Source of the DNA: an uncultured delta proteobacterium
GTDB taxonomy: Bacteria > Desulfobacterota > Binatia > Binatales > Binataceae
Assembly: GCA_963842085.1 (NCBI GenBank)
Contig: CAWJET010000001.1
Coordinates: 1,120,001 to 1,184,000 of the forward strand
DNA length: 64,000 nt
Direction of reading: 5' to 3'
The notes below the pieces were generated by a model. The model saw only the letters and a list, made by a program, of their open reading frames with translations. It was not told where the DNA came from and made no database searches. Shown here one piece after another: positions 10,468 to 19,930 of this stretch (within the stretch, counting starts at the first letter, position 1; each line of letters begins with the position of its first letter). The position numbers and the translations under genes are program-made.

Positions 10468-10516
10468 ACGCCCCGGGCAGTGGGCCGATCGCAGCCGCCC
10501 GGGGCGTTTTCTTTTT
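10468..10516 (+). terminator. Attenuator terminator of the leuA leader
   Basis: 11-bp stem ACGCCCCGGGC / GCCCGGGGCGT followed by TTTCTTTTT. Confidence 0.8.
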
Positions 10517-10569
10517 CCGCTCCTCGCGAACGATCGGCCCGCTGATCCCGTGGCGGCGATGCGGGAGGA

Positions 10570-12144
10570 ATGACGATGGCACGCGCGAACACGGCAGCGA
10601 AAGACACTGACTACGTCCGAATCTTCGACACGACGCTGCGCGACGGCGAGCAATCGCCCGGCTGCACGATGAACGTCGAGGAAAAGATCGCGCTCGCGCG
10701 CCAACTGGAACGGCTCAACGTCGATATCATCGAAGCGGGATTCGCAGTCTCGTCGCCCGGCGACTTTGAATCGATAACTCGCGTCGCGCAGGCAGTCACC
10801 GAGCCTGTGGTGCTGAGCCTGTCGCGCACAGGCGAGCAGGACGTAGATTCGGCGCTGCGCGCAGTGGACAGGGCCGCGCATCCCGGGATTCACATTTTCA
10901 TCGCGACCTCGGATATCCATCTCAAATACAAACTCAACATGAATCGCGAGGACGTGCTCGACGCCGCCACCTGGGCCGTCACGCGCGCGAAAAAGCATCT
11001 CGACTACATCGAGTTCTCGTGCGAAGACGCTTCGCGCTCCGACTGGGACTACATGGTCGACGTTTGCAGCGAGGTGATTCGCGCCGGCGCTACCGTTATC
11101 AACCTGCCCGACACCACCGGCCACGCGATCCCCGAGGAATTCGGACGGATGTTCACGTATATGCGCGAGAAAGTCCCCGGGGCCGACAAGGTCATCTGGA
11201 GCGCGCACTGTCATAACGATCTCGGCCTGGCGGTTGCAAATTCGCTGGCGGCGGTGCGCAATGGCGCGCGCCAGATCGAATGCACGATCAACGGAATCGG
11301 CGAGCGCGCGGGCAACTGCTCGATGGAAGAAGTCGTGATGGCGATGAAAACGCGCCACGACCTGATGGGCATACAGTCGCGCGTCAACACGCGCCAGATT
11401 TACCCGGCCTCGCGCCTGCTGTCGCAGGTCATCGGCCAGTCCGTGCCGGCCAACAAGCCAATCGTCGGCGACAATGCGTTCGCGCACGAAGCCGGAATCC
11501 ATCAGGACGGCGTGCTGAAGTACAAGCTGACGTACGAGATCATGAAGCCCGAGGATATCGGCATCCCGTCGAACAAGCTGGTGCTGGGCAAGCATTCGGG
11601 GCGCCACGCGTTCACCAACCGGCTCAAGGAACTTGGCGTCGATCTCGACGACGTCGACGTGAACAAGGCGTTCGCCGAATTCAAGGCGCTCTGCGACAAA
11701 AAGAAAATCGTGTACGACGACGACATCCTGGCGCTCGTCACCGAAGGAGTGCGCCGGACGATCGATCACTTTGAGCTGGTCGATTTGCAAGTCGGCTCGT
11801 CCACCAAGAGCACACCGCACGCGGAAGTCACGCTGCGGGTGGATGGAAAAGAGTGCTCGGCGGAGGGCGAAGGCGACGGGATGGTGGACGCGTGCTACAA
11901 GGCGATCTACAAAATCGCGGCGATCAATCCCGCGCTGGAACGCTACGCGGTGAAGGCAATTACCGGCGGCACCGACGCGCTCGGCGAGGTGAGCTGCATG
12001 ATTCGCGAGAACGGCGTGACCGTCGCCGGCCAGGGCGCGCATAGCGATATCGTCATGGCGAGCGCGCTCGCGCTGGTCAACGCGCTCAACCGGTTGAAGG
12101 CGCGCAAGCATGCGCCGCTGAAGCCGACGACCGACGTTCCGTGA
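10570..12144 (+). CDS. leuA: 2-isopropylmalate synthase
   Basis: IFDTTLRDGEQSPG, HCHNDLGLA, GERAGN, HEAGIHQDG, LGKHSG, C-terminal regulatory domain. Confidence 0.97.
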   Translation: MTMARANTAAKDTDYVRIFDTTLRDGEQSPGCTMNVEEKIALARQLERLNVDIIEAGFAVSSPGDFESITRVAQAVTEPVVLSLSRTGEQDVDSALRAVDRAAHPGIHIFIATSDIHLKYKLNMNREDVLDAATWAVTRAKKHLDYIEFSCEDASRSDWDYMVDVCSEVIRAGATVINLPDTTGHAIPEEFGRMFTYMREKVPGADKVIWSAHCHNDLGLAVANSLAAVRNGARQIECTINGIGERAGNCSMEEVVMAMKTRHDLMGIQSRVNTRQIYPASRLLSQVIGQSVPANKPIVGDNAFAHEAGIHQDGVLKYKLTYEIMKPEDIGIPSNKLVLGKHSGRHAFTNRLKELGVDLDDVDVNKAFAEFKALCDKKKIVYDDDILALVTEGVRRTIDHFELVDLQVGSSTKSTPHAEVTLRVDGKECSAEGEGDGMVDACYKAIYKIAAINPALERYAVKAITGGTDALGEVSCMIRENGVTVAGQGAHSDIVMASALALVNALNRLKARKHAPLKPTTDVP

Positions 12145-12392
12145 ACGGCAGTTAGGGGGCTTGCCGCAACATCCCACTTGGGCTAAGTGCTTGGGGAGCT
12201 TGAGTTTGAAGTTGAATTCGCTCTTCACCCCGTGCGACGTGCGGCCTTCCGCAGCACCCGCCATTGAGGCGAGGTTTGCTACAGCGTCATCGCGCCAACC
12301 TGCGCTCCTAATTTTCGAGGCTATCCACTGACGGGTCGAGACGGTCTGACGCTCCTCCCGCTCACTCACGTCCAGGCGTTCGGCGCTTTCGC

Positions 12393-13508
12393 ATGGCCTA
12401 TAAGATTCTAGTTCTCAAAGGTGACGGCATCGGGCCGGAGGTGGTCGGCGAGGCCCTGCAGGTTCTCAAGACCATCGCGCGACGATCGGCGGTCGATCTC
12501 GAGTTCAAGGAGGGCATGATCGGCGGTCACGCGCTCGATACCGCCGGGACTCCGCTGCCAGATGAGGTGCTCAAGCTCGCGCAGGACAGCGACGCGATTC
12601 TGCTCGGCGCCGTCGGTGGACCGAAATGGGACAAGCCCAACGCCGAGAAGCGTCCCGAGCAGGCGCTGCTTGGGCTCCGAAAAGCCCTGGGATTGTTCGC
12701 CAACGTCCGTCCCGTCAAGACCATCAAAGAACTGATGGCCGCGTCCCCACTCAAGGCCGAAGTGATCTCCGGCGTCGACGTCGTCATCATTCGCGAGCTG
12801 ACCGGCGGCATCTACTACGGCAAGCCGAGCGAAAAGCGCGCGGCGAAGGACGGGCGCGAGGCGGTCGATACCTGCTTTTACACCGAAGCCGAGATTGCAC
12901 GGGTGCTCAAGTTCGGTTTCGAGCTGGCGAGCGAGCGCCGCCAAAAACTGACCTCGGTAGACAAGGCCAACGTGCTCGCGACGTCGCGCTTGTGGCGGGA
13001 GATCGCAACCGAGTTGAGCGCGCAGTTCAAGGAGGTCGCGTTCGAGAATCAGCTGGTCGATTCGATGGCGATGCATCTGATACGCCGCCCCAAGGACTTC
13101 GACGTGGTCGTCACCGAGAACATGTTCGGCGACATCCTGACCGACGAAGCCTCGGTGCTCGCGGGCTCGATGGGCCTGTTGCCGTCGGCGTCGCTTGGCG
13201 AGGAGCTCAACAGCGCCGGTTTCCGCGTCGGTCTGTACGAGCCGATTCACGGCAGCGCACCGGACATCGCGGGCCGCGACGAGGCCAATCCGCTCGCCGC
13301 GATTCTGTCGGCGGCGCTGCTGCTCGAGCATTCGCTCGGGATGCGCTCCGAAGCCGAGTTGATTTCGCAGGCGGTCGATTCCGTCGTGCGCGACGGCTAT
13401 CGCACGCGCGACCTTCACGGCGGCGCCGGCACGCAGACCGTGGGATGCAAGGCGATGGGCCGGCTGGTGCGTGAAAAAATCGAGAGCTCCGAAAGCGAAG
13501 GCGAATGA
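12393..13508 (+). CDS. leuB: 3-isopropylmalate dehydrogenase
   Basis: GDGIGPEV, GAVGGPKW, RELTGGIY, NMFGDILTDE, YEPIHGSAPDIAG. Confidence 0.97.
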   Translation: MAYKILVLKGDGIGPEVVGEALQVLKTIARRSAVDLEFKEGMIGGHALDTAGTPLPDEVLKLAQDSDAILLGAVGGPKWDKPNAEKRPEQALLGLRKALGLFANVRPVKTIKELMAASPLKAEVISGVDVVIIRELTGGIYYGKPSEKRAAKDGREAVDTCFYTEAEIARVLKFGFELASERRQKLTSVDKANVLATSRLWREIATELSAQFKEVAFENQLVDSMAMHLIRRPKDFDVVVTENMFGDILTDEASVLAGSMGLLPSASLGEELNSAGFRVGLYEPIHGSAPDIAGRDEANPLAAILSAALLLEHSLGMRSEAELISQAVDSVVRDGYRTRDLHGGAGTQTVGCKAMGRLVREKIESSESEGE

Positions 13509-14488
13509 GTATTTCCCGCGAGCCGAGAGTGGCGGTTGTCGGCGCCACCGGCGCGGTTGGCAACCAGCTTATCGAACTGATCGCCGCGCGCGGCTTCCAG
13601 CTCAGTGAACTGAAGCTCTTCGCCACTGAAGCGGGGGCGACGCAGACCGTCGACGCCGCCGGCGAGGAGCGCCTGGTCGACGCGCTCGAGAGTCCCGCCG
13701 ATCTTCGTGGCTTCGATATCGCCTTCCTTGCGATCCCCGCGCCGCGCGCCGCCGAAATTGTCGCCGCGCGGCCCGGCCCGATACTGATCGATCTGAGCGC
13801 GGCGAATCGCCCGCCCTCGGACGTGCCGATGGTCGCGCCCGGACTCACTTCGCGCGAGGCGATCGCGCAACTGCGCAAGGCGATGGTGTTCGCGACGCCT
13901 CATCCCGTCGCCCACGTTCTTGCCACGTGTCTCCGGGCCCTTGGTCCGCACGACGCATTCGTCGCCGCCACCGCGATGCTCGGCGCGAGCGCCGGCGGCA
14001 GGGACGTGCTGACCGCCGCCGTCGATCAGACCACCGACCTGCTGAGCGCGCGCCTGGAGCTCGACGACGACGAAGTTCAGCGCGGCTTCAACGCCTTCAT
14101 GCGCGAGCATGAGCGCTCGGTCGCGACCGCCATCGCCGCGCAAGTCACGACGCTGCTCGAAAAAGCGCCGCCGCTTTCGGTGCAGGTGGTCGCAATTCCC
14201 GTCCTTCACGGTTCGGCCTTGACCGTCGATATCCAGCGCGCACGCGACAGCGGCAACGGCGAAGACGCAGTCGAACTGCTGCGCGTGGCGCCCGGTATTC
14301 TGATCGCCGAAGAGGGCGAACCGCTTGGCGTGATCGACGCGGTTGGCCAGGAGGCCATCGTGGTCAGCGTGGAGACGCGCGCCGACTCGCTGTCGCTGTG
14401 GTGCGTGTTCGACAACACGCGCCTGGCGGCTCTGGGAGCGCTCTGGATCGCCGAGACCTTGGCGCTGAGCTCGCCGGCTCTGGCCTGA
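13505..14488 (+). CDS. Aspartate-semialdehyde dehydrogenase-like (Usg-type) protein lacking the catalytic Cys
   Basis: VVGATGAVG Rossmann motif, IDLS, VP.V.P, IPVLHG, W...DN.R; NPNC replaced by TPHP; precedes truA. Confidence 0.8.
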   Translation: MSISREPRVAVVGATGAVGNQLIELIAARGFQLSELKLFATEAGATQTVDAAGEERLVDALESPADLRGFDIAFLAIPAPRAAEIVAARPGPILIDLSAANRPPSDVPMVAPGLTSREAIAQLRKAMVFATPHPVAHVLATCLRALGPHDAFVAATAMLGASAGGRDVLTAAVDQTTDLLSARLELDDDEVQRGFNAFMREHERSVATAIAAQVTTLLEKAPPLSVQVVAIPVLHGSALTVDIQRARDSGNGEDAVELLRVAPGILIAEEGEPLGVIDAVGQEAIVVSVETRADSLSLWCVFDNTRLAALGALWIAETLALSSPALA

Positions 14489-14499
14489 CCCGGCGGCAG

Positions 14500-15231
14500 A
14501 TGGTCCTCAAGCTCACGCTCGAGTACGACGGCAGCAACTATTCCGGATGGCAGTTTCAGCCGCGCCACGATTCGATACAGGGAAGAATCGAAGCCGCGCT
14601 CGAGCGGATTTTCTCCGCGCCGGTGCGCGTGTTCGGTTCGGGCCGCACCGACGCCGGTGTGCATGCGCGCGGGCAGGCCGCTTCGATTTCGATTCCGCGC
14701 CCGTTCGATCCAGCCGAATTGCAGCGCGCTCTCAACGCGATGCTGCCGGCCGACATCGTGGTGCTCGACGTTTCGCCCGCGCCCGCCGACTTCGATCCGC
14801 GCCGCGCCGCCCGCTCGCGGGTGTATGAATATCGGGTGCTGAATCGCAAGATCGCCTCCGCCTTCGAGTATCGCTATAGCTGGCTGGTCCGCGACCAGAT
14901 CGATCTCGCAGCGATGAACCGTGCCGCGCGCATCTTTGTCGGCGAGCACGACTTCGCCGCCTTCCGCTCTCTCGGCACCGACGTGACGACCACGGTACGC
15001 CGGGTGATATCGAGCGAGTGGACGCGCGACGGTGACGTCCTGCTCTACCGCATCGAGGGAACAAGTTTTCTGCGGCACATGGTGCGCGCGATGGTCGCGG
15101 CGATGGTTGAGGTGGGACGCGGCAAGCTCACGGTTGAGAAAATCGCGACGATTCTCGCCGGACGAAATCGCCAGGCGGCGCCGGCCAACGCGCCGCCCGG
15201 CGGTCTTTACCTCGTCGAAGTACGCTACTGA
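14500..15231 (+). CDS. truA: tRNA pseudouridine(38-40) synthase
   Basis: LEYDGSNYSGWQ, GSGRTDAGVHARGQ, GEHDF, FLRHMVR, APPGGLYL. Confidence 0.97.
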   Translation: MVLKLTLEYDGSNYSGWQFQPRHDSIQGRIEAALERIFSAPVRVFGSGRTDAGVHARGQAASISIPRPFDPAELQRALNAMLPADIVVLDVSPAPADFDPRRAARSRVYEYRVLNRKIASAFEYRYSWLVRDQIDLAAMNRAARIFVGEHDFAAFRSLGTDVTTTVRRVISSEWTRDGDVLLYRIEGTSFLRHMVRAMVAAMVEVGRGKLTVEKIATILAGRNRQAAPANAPPGGLYLVEVRY

Positions 15232-15428
15232 GCGCGCGCTCATGCAGGTTTGCCGATCCTCCCGCGCAAAAGCCCTTGGGGCTCAACGCGGATGCGACGG
15301 GCCTGTGCAAAAACCGTCACGATCCTTAGAAAAAAGAGCGATTTTCGTGCCTTCCGCACTTGAAATTGCCGCGCCACTGGTTCACCCTCACTGCAAGCCC
15401 GCAACCCGGGACGCAAGGAGGAGGATGG

Positions 15429-15710
15429 ATGACTCAGTCGCAGGTAGCAGCCTATCTGGCTGAAAAGATCGGAGTCACGAAGAAGCAGGCGAAGAGCGCG
15501 CTCGAGGAGATCAACGCGCTGGTCGTTCGCGAACTCAAGAAGGAAGGATCGCTGCGGCTGGCCGGCCTCGGTATCTTCCGCAAGCGCAAGACCAAGGCGC
15601 GCATGGGCCGCAATCCGGCGACCGGTCAGGAGATCAAGATTCCGGCGCGCACGCGGCTGCGCTTCACCGCCGCCAAAGCGTTGAAGGACTCGGTTCTCGG
15701 CGCGAAGTAA
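15429..15710 (+). CDS. HU-family DNA-binding protein
   Basis: GLGIF, ARMGRNPATG.EIKIPA, F.AAKALKD; strong RBS AGGAGG. Confidence 0.95.
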   Translation: MTQSQVAAYLAEKIGVTKKQAKSALEEINALVVRELKKEGSLRLAGLGIFRKRKTKARMGRNPATGQEIKIPARTRLRFTAAKALKDSVLGAK

Positions 15711-15727
15711 TCGGCCTGACTTTTGTG

Positions 15728-15771
15728 AACCGCGGGAACGGACGTGGTCCGCTTCTCGCGGTTTGCTTTTT
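15728..15771 (+). terminator. Intrinsic terminator after HU, between convergent genes
   Basis: AACCGCGGGA...TCTCGCGGTT stem with inner CGGAC/GTCCG, then T-run. Confidence 0.7.
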
Positions 15772-15775
15772 CTCA

Positions 15776-17140
15776 TCAGTCTTTGCCGTCCGGCTTGCGC
15801 CGTGACGCAGGGTTGCGCGCCTCGCGCGCGCGCGTGAGATACTCGCGGATGCGGCTTTCGTAGCCGCGCTCGGACGGTTCGTAATATATCTTTTGGCCCA
15901 GCTCCTCGGGCAGGTATTTCTGCGCGACCAGCGCGCCCTCGAAGTCGTGCGGATAGCGGTAGTCCTTGCCGTAGCCGAGTCCCCTCATCATCGGCGTGGG
16001 CGCGTTGCGCAAATGGAGCGGCACCGGCAGCGCCCCCAGCGCTTTCGCATCTTCGGCCGCGCGCTGCATCGCCAGATACGAGGCGTTGGACTTCGGCGCG
16101 GTGGCCAGATACGTCACGCCCTGCGCCAGCGGGATCACGCCTTCGGGCAGGCCGACGAAGTCCACCGCCTCCTTGACCGCGATCGCCACTTGCAGTGCGC
16201 GCGGATCTGCGTTGCCGACATCTTCGGACGCGAAGATCACCATGCGGCGCGCGATGAACAGCGGATCTTCGCCCGCCTCGACCATCCGCATCATCCAGTA
16301 CACCGCGGCGTCGGGATCGCTGCCGCGCATGCTCTTGATGAAGGCCGAGATGACGTTGTAATGCTCCTCGCCCGCGCGATCGTAGAGCAGCGCCTTCTGC
16401 TGCGCCGACTCGCGAATATGGTCAGGCGTGATCAGCGTCGCGCCGGCGTTGTGCGCGAACTCCGCCGCAATCTCGAGCGTGCTGAGCGCACGCCGCGCGT
16501 CGCCGCCCGCAAATCGAATGATCTCGTCCATCGCGCCCATCGCCAGCTTGAGCCCGCTGTTGCCGAGCCCGCGCTCCTTGTCGGCAAGCGCGCGATGCAC
16601 GAGCGTCGCGATATTCTCGTCCGACAGCGGATGCAGCACGAGCAGCCGCATCCGCGAAAGCAGCGCCGAGATCACCTCGAACGACGGATTCTCGGTGGTC
16701 GCGCCGATAAGAGTGATCAGTCCGCTCTCGACGTGCGGCAGAAACGCGTCCTGCTGCGCGCGGTTCCATCGATGGATCTCGTCAATGAACACGACGGTGG
16801 GCTTGCCGGCGTCGAGATCGCGGCGCGCCGCCTCGACCGCTTCGCGCAAATCGGCGACGCCCGAGGTCACCGCCGCCAGCTTGCGGAACACGGCGCCCGA
16901 GTGCTCGGCGAGCACGAGCGCCAGCGTTGTCTTGCCGGTGCCGGGAGGCCCCCACAGGATCATCGAATGCAGCACGTGGGCCGCGACCATCTGGCTCAGG
17001 AACTTTCCCGGACCCAGCAGATGCTCCTGGCCGACAATTTCGTCGAGCGTGCGCGGACGCATCCGGTCCGCCAGCGGCTGGCTGAGGGGAGTGCGCGGTG
17101 GAAACAGACTCTGCGACGAATCGGCCTTGCGCCGTGCCAT
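15776..17140 (-). CDS. rarA: Replication-associated recombination protein A (MgsA/RarA AAA+)
   Basis: PLADRMRP, GPPGTGKT, FIDEIHR, GATTENP, SAFIKSMRGSD, SEDVG.ADP, APKSN. Confidence 0.96.
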   Translation of the reverse strand: MARRKADSSQSLFPPRTPLSQPLADRMRPRTLDEIVGQEHLLGPGKFLSQMVAAHVLHSMILWGPPGTGKTTLALVLAEHSGAVFRKLAAVTSGVADLREAVEAARRDLDAGKPTVVFIDEIHRWNRAQQDAFLPHVESGLITLIGATTENPSFEVISALLSRMRLLVLHPLSDENIATLVHRALADKERGLGNSGLKLAMGAMDEIIRFAGGDARRALSTLEIAAEFAHNAGATLITPDHIRESAQQKALLYDRAGEEHYNVISAFIKSMRGSDPDAAVYWMMRMVEAGEDPLFIARRMVIFASEDVGNADPRALQVAIAVKEAVDFVGLPEGVIPLAQGVTYLATAPKSNASYLAMQRAAEDAKALGALPVPLHLRNAPTPMMRGLGYGKDYRYPHDFEGALVAQKYLPEELGQKIYYEPSERGYESRIREYLTRAREARNPASRRKPDGKD

Positions 17141-17266
17141 TTTTGAACCGTAGCACACCAACCCGGCCCGGCTAAGGCAGCTCCCGGCCCGGTTGCCGTG
17201 TCGTTGCGCAGGTGGCTGCCGCTGTTCTAGCTTCATAGACGGGCTGGACAGGAGCCGGCACCACCA

Positions 17267-18082
17267 ATGATCGTTGGCATCGATATCGGCGGCTCGACCA
17301 CCGACGCCGTCATTCTCGAGAATGGCGGCCTGCACGTCGTAACGATCGAGGCTAACGACCCGGTCGCCGCGGCCGCGGGCGCGCTCGGCAAACTCGTCGC
17401 CGACTTCGGTATCAGGCTCGAAGACGTCGAATGCGTCGCCGCCACCGGCGCCGGCTCGCGCGTGCTGACCAAGTCGCTGCTGGGCAGGCCGGTGGTCAAG
17501 GTCAACGAGTTCACCGCGATTGGAATCGGCGGCACGTCGCTGGCCGGCAAGGAGAGCGCGCTGGTCGTCTCGCTCGGCACCGGCACCGCGATCGTGTCGG
17601 TCACGCGCGACAAGATCGCACACTTCAGCGGGACGGGAGTCGGCGGCGGCACGCTGCTGGGACTGGCCAAGCACATGCTCGGCGTCTCGACGATCGAGCG
17701 GCTCGAAAAACTCGCGCGCAAGGGCGACCTGCGGCGCATCGATCTCAGCGTTCGCGACATCGCGGGCGGCTCGATCGGCGACCTGCCGCCCGGCACCACC
17801 GCCGCGAACTTCGGCAAGATAACCGCCGACGCGACACCCGAGGACAAGGCGCTCGCGATCATGAACATGATCGTCGAATCGATCGGCGTGCTCGCGCTCG
17901 CCAGCGCGCGCGCCTGCGGCCAGGAAAATATCGTGCTGACCGGCAAGCTGTCGCGGCTGTTCCGCTTCATGCAGGAGATGAAGCGCCTCGATTTTCCGTT
18001 CGGCCGCCGCTTCGTCATCCCGGAGCATGCCGACTTCGCGACCGCCATAGGCGCGGCGCGTCACGCCCGCCAGCAGGAATAG
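17267..18082 (+). CDS. Type II pantothenate kinase-like (CoaW/Fumble, ASKHA fold)
   Basis: GIDIGGS, TGAG, EFTA...G, SLGTGT, GTGVGGGTLLGL, G....IDL.V.DI, AANFGK, AIGA. Confidence 0.8.
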   Translation: MIVGIDIGGSTTDAVILENGGLHVVTIEANDPVAAAAGALGKLVADFGIRLEDVECVAATGAGSRVLTKSLLGRPVVKVNEFTAIGIGGTSLAGKESALVVSLGTGTAIVSVTRDKIAHFSGTGVGGGTLLGLAKHMLGVSTIERLEKLARKGDLRRIDLSVRDIAGGSIGDLPPGTTAANFGKITADATPEDKALAIMNMIVESIGVLALASARACGQENIVLTGKLSRLFRFMQEMKRLDFPFGRRFVIPEHADFATAIGAARHARQQE

Positions 18083-18493
18083 CGCGCTCCGGCACTGGTT
18101 CAGTCTACCGAGACGACCAAACTGCGCGATTTTTGACTGACCGAAAGCGGTCGAAAACCGCAATTTATACCATTCGTTGCGGTTCTGGGACGGCGCCACT
18201 ACCATCGGTGGGTTCGTTCCGTCAAAAAATGTTTTTGCGAGAGGCGGGCGTCGGAGGATTGCGGGCGCGAGCTGGGCGAGCGTGAGGCATCCTGACGGAG
18301 CGTCCATAACCGTATGCGTAGCACGATAAATCGGGCGGGTTCAGGCTGAACTAGTTCATCCGCAACCGCGCCGCGCTCCAAGTTCCATTGCTGAACCAGC
18401 GCGGAAGCCGCGGGCGCCGTTACATCTTTGGCGCGGTAGGATATAAAGTTCCGAGATTCACGCGCGCGCAATTTCGCGAGGGTTATTCATTCG

Positions 18494-19753
18494 ATGCCAT
18501 CAGAGTTGCTGAAGGGGTTTCGCCTGCTCGATTTGACCGACGAGAAGGGCGCGCTGTGCGGGAAGATGTTCGCTGACCTCGGCGCTGAGGTTATCAAGGT
18601 CGAGCCGCCGGGCGGATGCTCGACGCGGCGCATCCCGCCGTATCTTGAAGACAAAGCCGATGCCGAGCACTGCCTCTATTCGATCGCCTATCACGCCGGC
18701 AAAAAATCCGTGACCGCCAATCTTACCGCTGACGACGGGCGCGCACTCGTCGCCGACCTCGCGGCACAATCCGATTTTCTCGTGGAGTCGTACCCGCTCG
18801 GCTATCTCGACTCGATCGGGCTCGGCTACGACGCGCTCGCCAAGCGCAATCCGCGCCTCATCTACGCGTCGATCACGCCGTTCGGCGACACCGGTCCCGG
18901 CAAAGACTACCAATGGGCCGACATCATCACGTGGGCGGCCGGCGGCATGATGTACCTGATGGGCGAGGAGGGAAAGCCTCCGCTCCAGATGAGTTTGCCG
19001 CAAGCCGGGTTGCACGCCGGCGGCGAGGCGGCGGTCGCGATGATGCTCGCGCACTACCCGCGCCAGATCGACGGGCTCGGCCAGCGCATCGTGGTCAACA
19101 TGCAAGCCTGCATCGTGTGGACGCTGATGAACGAGCAGGCGATGCCGTTCCTGCACGGCAGCCATCTCTCGCGCACGGGGATTTTCGTCGGCTCGGCCGA
19201 CGTGCGGCGCAAGATGGTGTACGAGTGCAAGGACGGTCACATCTCGATCCTGGTCGCGGGCGGCATGACCTTTGGCAATTCGACCAAGGCGCTGATCGAG
19301 TGGATGCGCGAGAACGGCTTCGGCTCGGACTGGATGCGGACCAAGGATTGGGTTTCGTGGATACCCGGCGTCTTCATGAAGATGACCGAGCAGGACTACA
19401 AGGAGATCGAGGAACTAGAGACCACGATCCAGCGCTTCCTGATGACGATGACCAAGCACGAAATCTACACGCAGGGACTCAAGCGCCGGATCTTTCTGGC
19501 GCCGGTCGCGACCGCAGCCGACATCGCCGGCGACGAGCAGCTCAAAGCGCGCGACTTCTGGACCCCGGTGCCGCACGACACGATCGGGGGCACGCTCACG
19601 TTTCCGGGACCGTTCGCGAAGCTGTCCGCGACGCCGATTGGAGGGACAGTACGCGCGCCGCGAGTCGGCGAGCATAGCGACGAGATTTACCGCGGCCTGC
19701 TGGGCCTCGGGGTGGAGCGGCTGAACCAGCTCCGAGCCGCCGGCTCAATCTAG
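18494..19753 (+). CDS. CaiB/BaiF (family III) CoA-transferase subunit, apparently without the catalytic Asp
   Basis: FADLGAEVIKVEPPGG, GKKSV.., NPRLIYASITPFG.TGP, APRVGEH. Confidence 0.9.
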   Translation: MPSELLKGFRLLDLTDEKGALCGKMFADLGAEVIKVEPPGGCSTRRIPPYLEDKADAEHCLYSIAYHAGKKSVTANLTADDGRALVADLAAQSDFLVESYPLGYLDSIGLGYDALAKRNPRLIYASITPFGDTGPGKDYQWADIITWAAGGMMYLMGEEGKPPLQMSLPQAGLHAGGEAAVAMMLAHYPRQIDGLGQRIVVNMQACIVWTLMNEQAMPFLHGSHLSRTGIFVGSADVRRKMVYECKDGHISILVAGGMTFGNSTKALIEWMRENGFGSDWMRTKDWVSWIPGVFMKMTEQDYKEIEELETTIQRFLMTMTKHEIYTQGLKRRIFLAPVATAADIAGDEQLKARDFWTPVPHDTIGGTLTFPGPFAKLSATPIGGTVRAPRVGEHSDEIYRGLLGLGVERLNQLRAAGSI

Positions 19754-19754
19754 C

Positions 19755-19930
19755 CAGGAGAATTCGAGGCCTTTGCAAAACTCCCGCAAGCGTTCGGAAC
19801 AGAGAAGCAGAATCTTGAATCGCGCGCGACAAAGCGCGCTGTATAGGGACCCTCCCCTTCATCCTCGCCCTAACAGGGCGAGGAGACAGACGGCCTCGCA
19901 GATAATGCAAAGCTCTCAGGAGAATTCGAG
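19755..19930. mobile_element. MITE-like ~150-bp insertion flanked by a duplicated RBS (CAGGAGAATTCGAG)
   Basis: 14-bp direct repeats at 19755-68 and 19917-30; imperfect terminal inverted repeats GAGGCCTTTGCA / TGCAAAGCTCTC; internal 10-bp hairpin 19862-84. Confidence 0.6.

Noticed and set aside
18132-18160. Hammerhead ribozyme-like CTGA..CCGAAAG..GAAA
   Set aside because: The CUGANGA core is not in register with stem II, and I found no stems I/III or cleavage site
15776-18307. 843-aa ORF suggesting an N-terminally extended RarA
   Set aside because: The extension is the antisense shadow of the PanK-like gene; the real start is 17140
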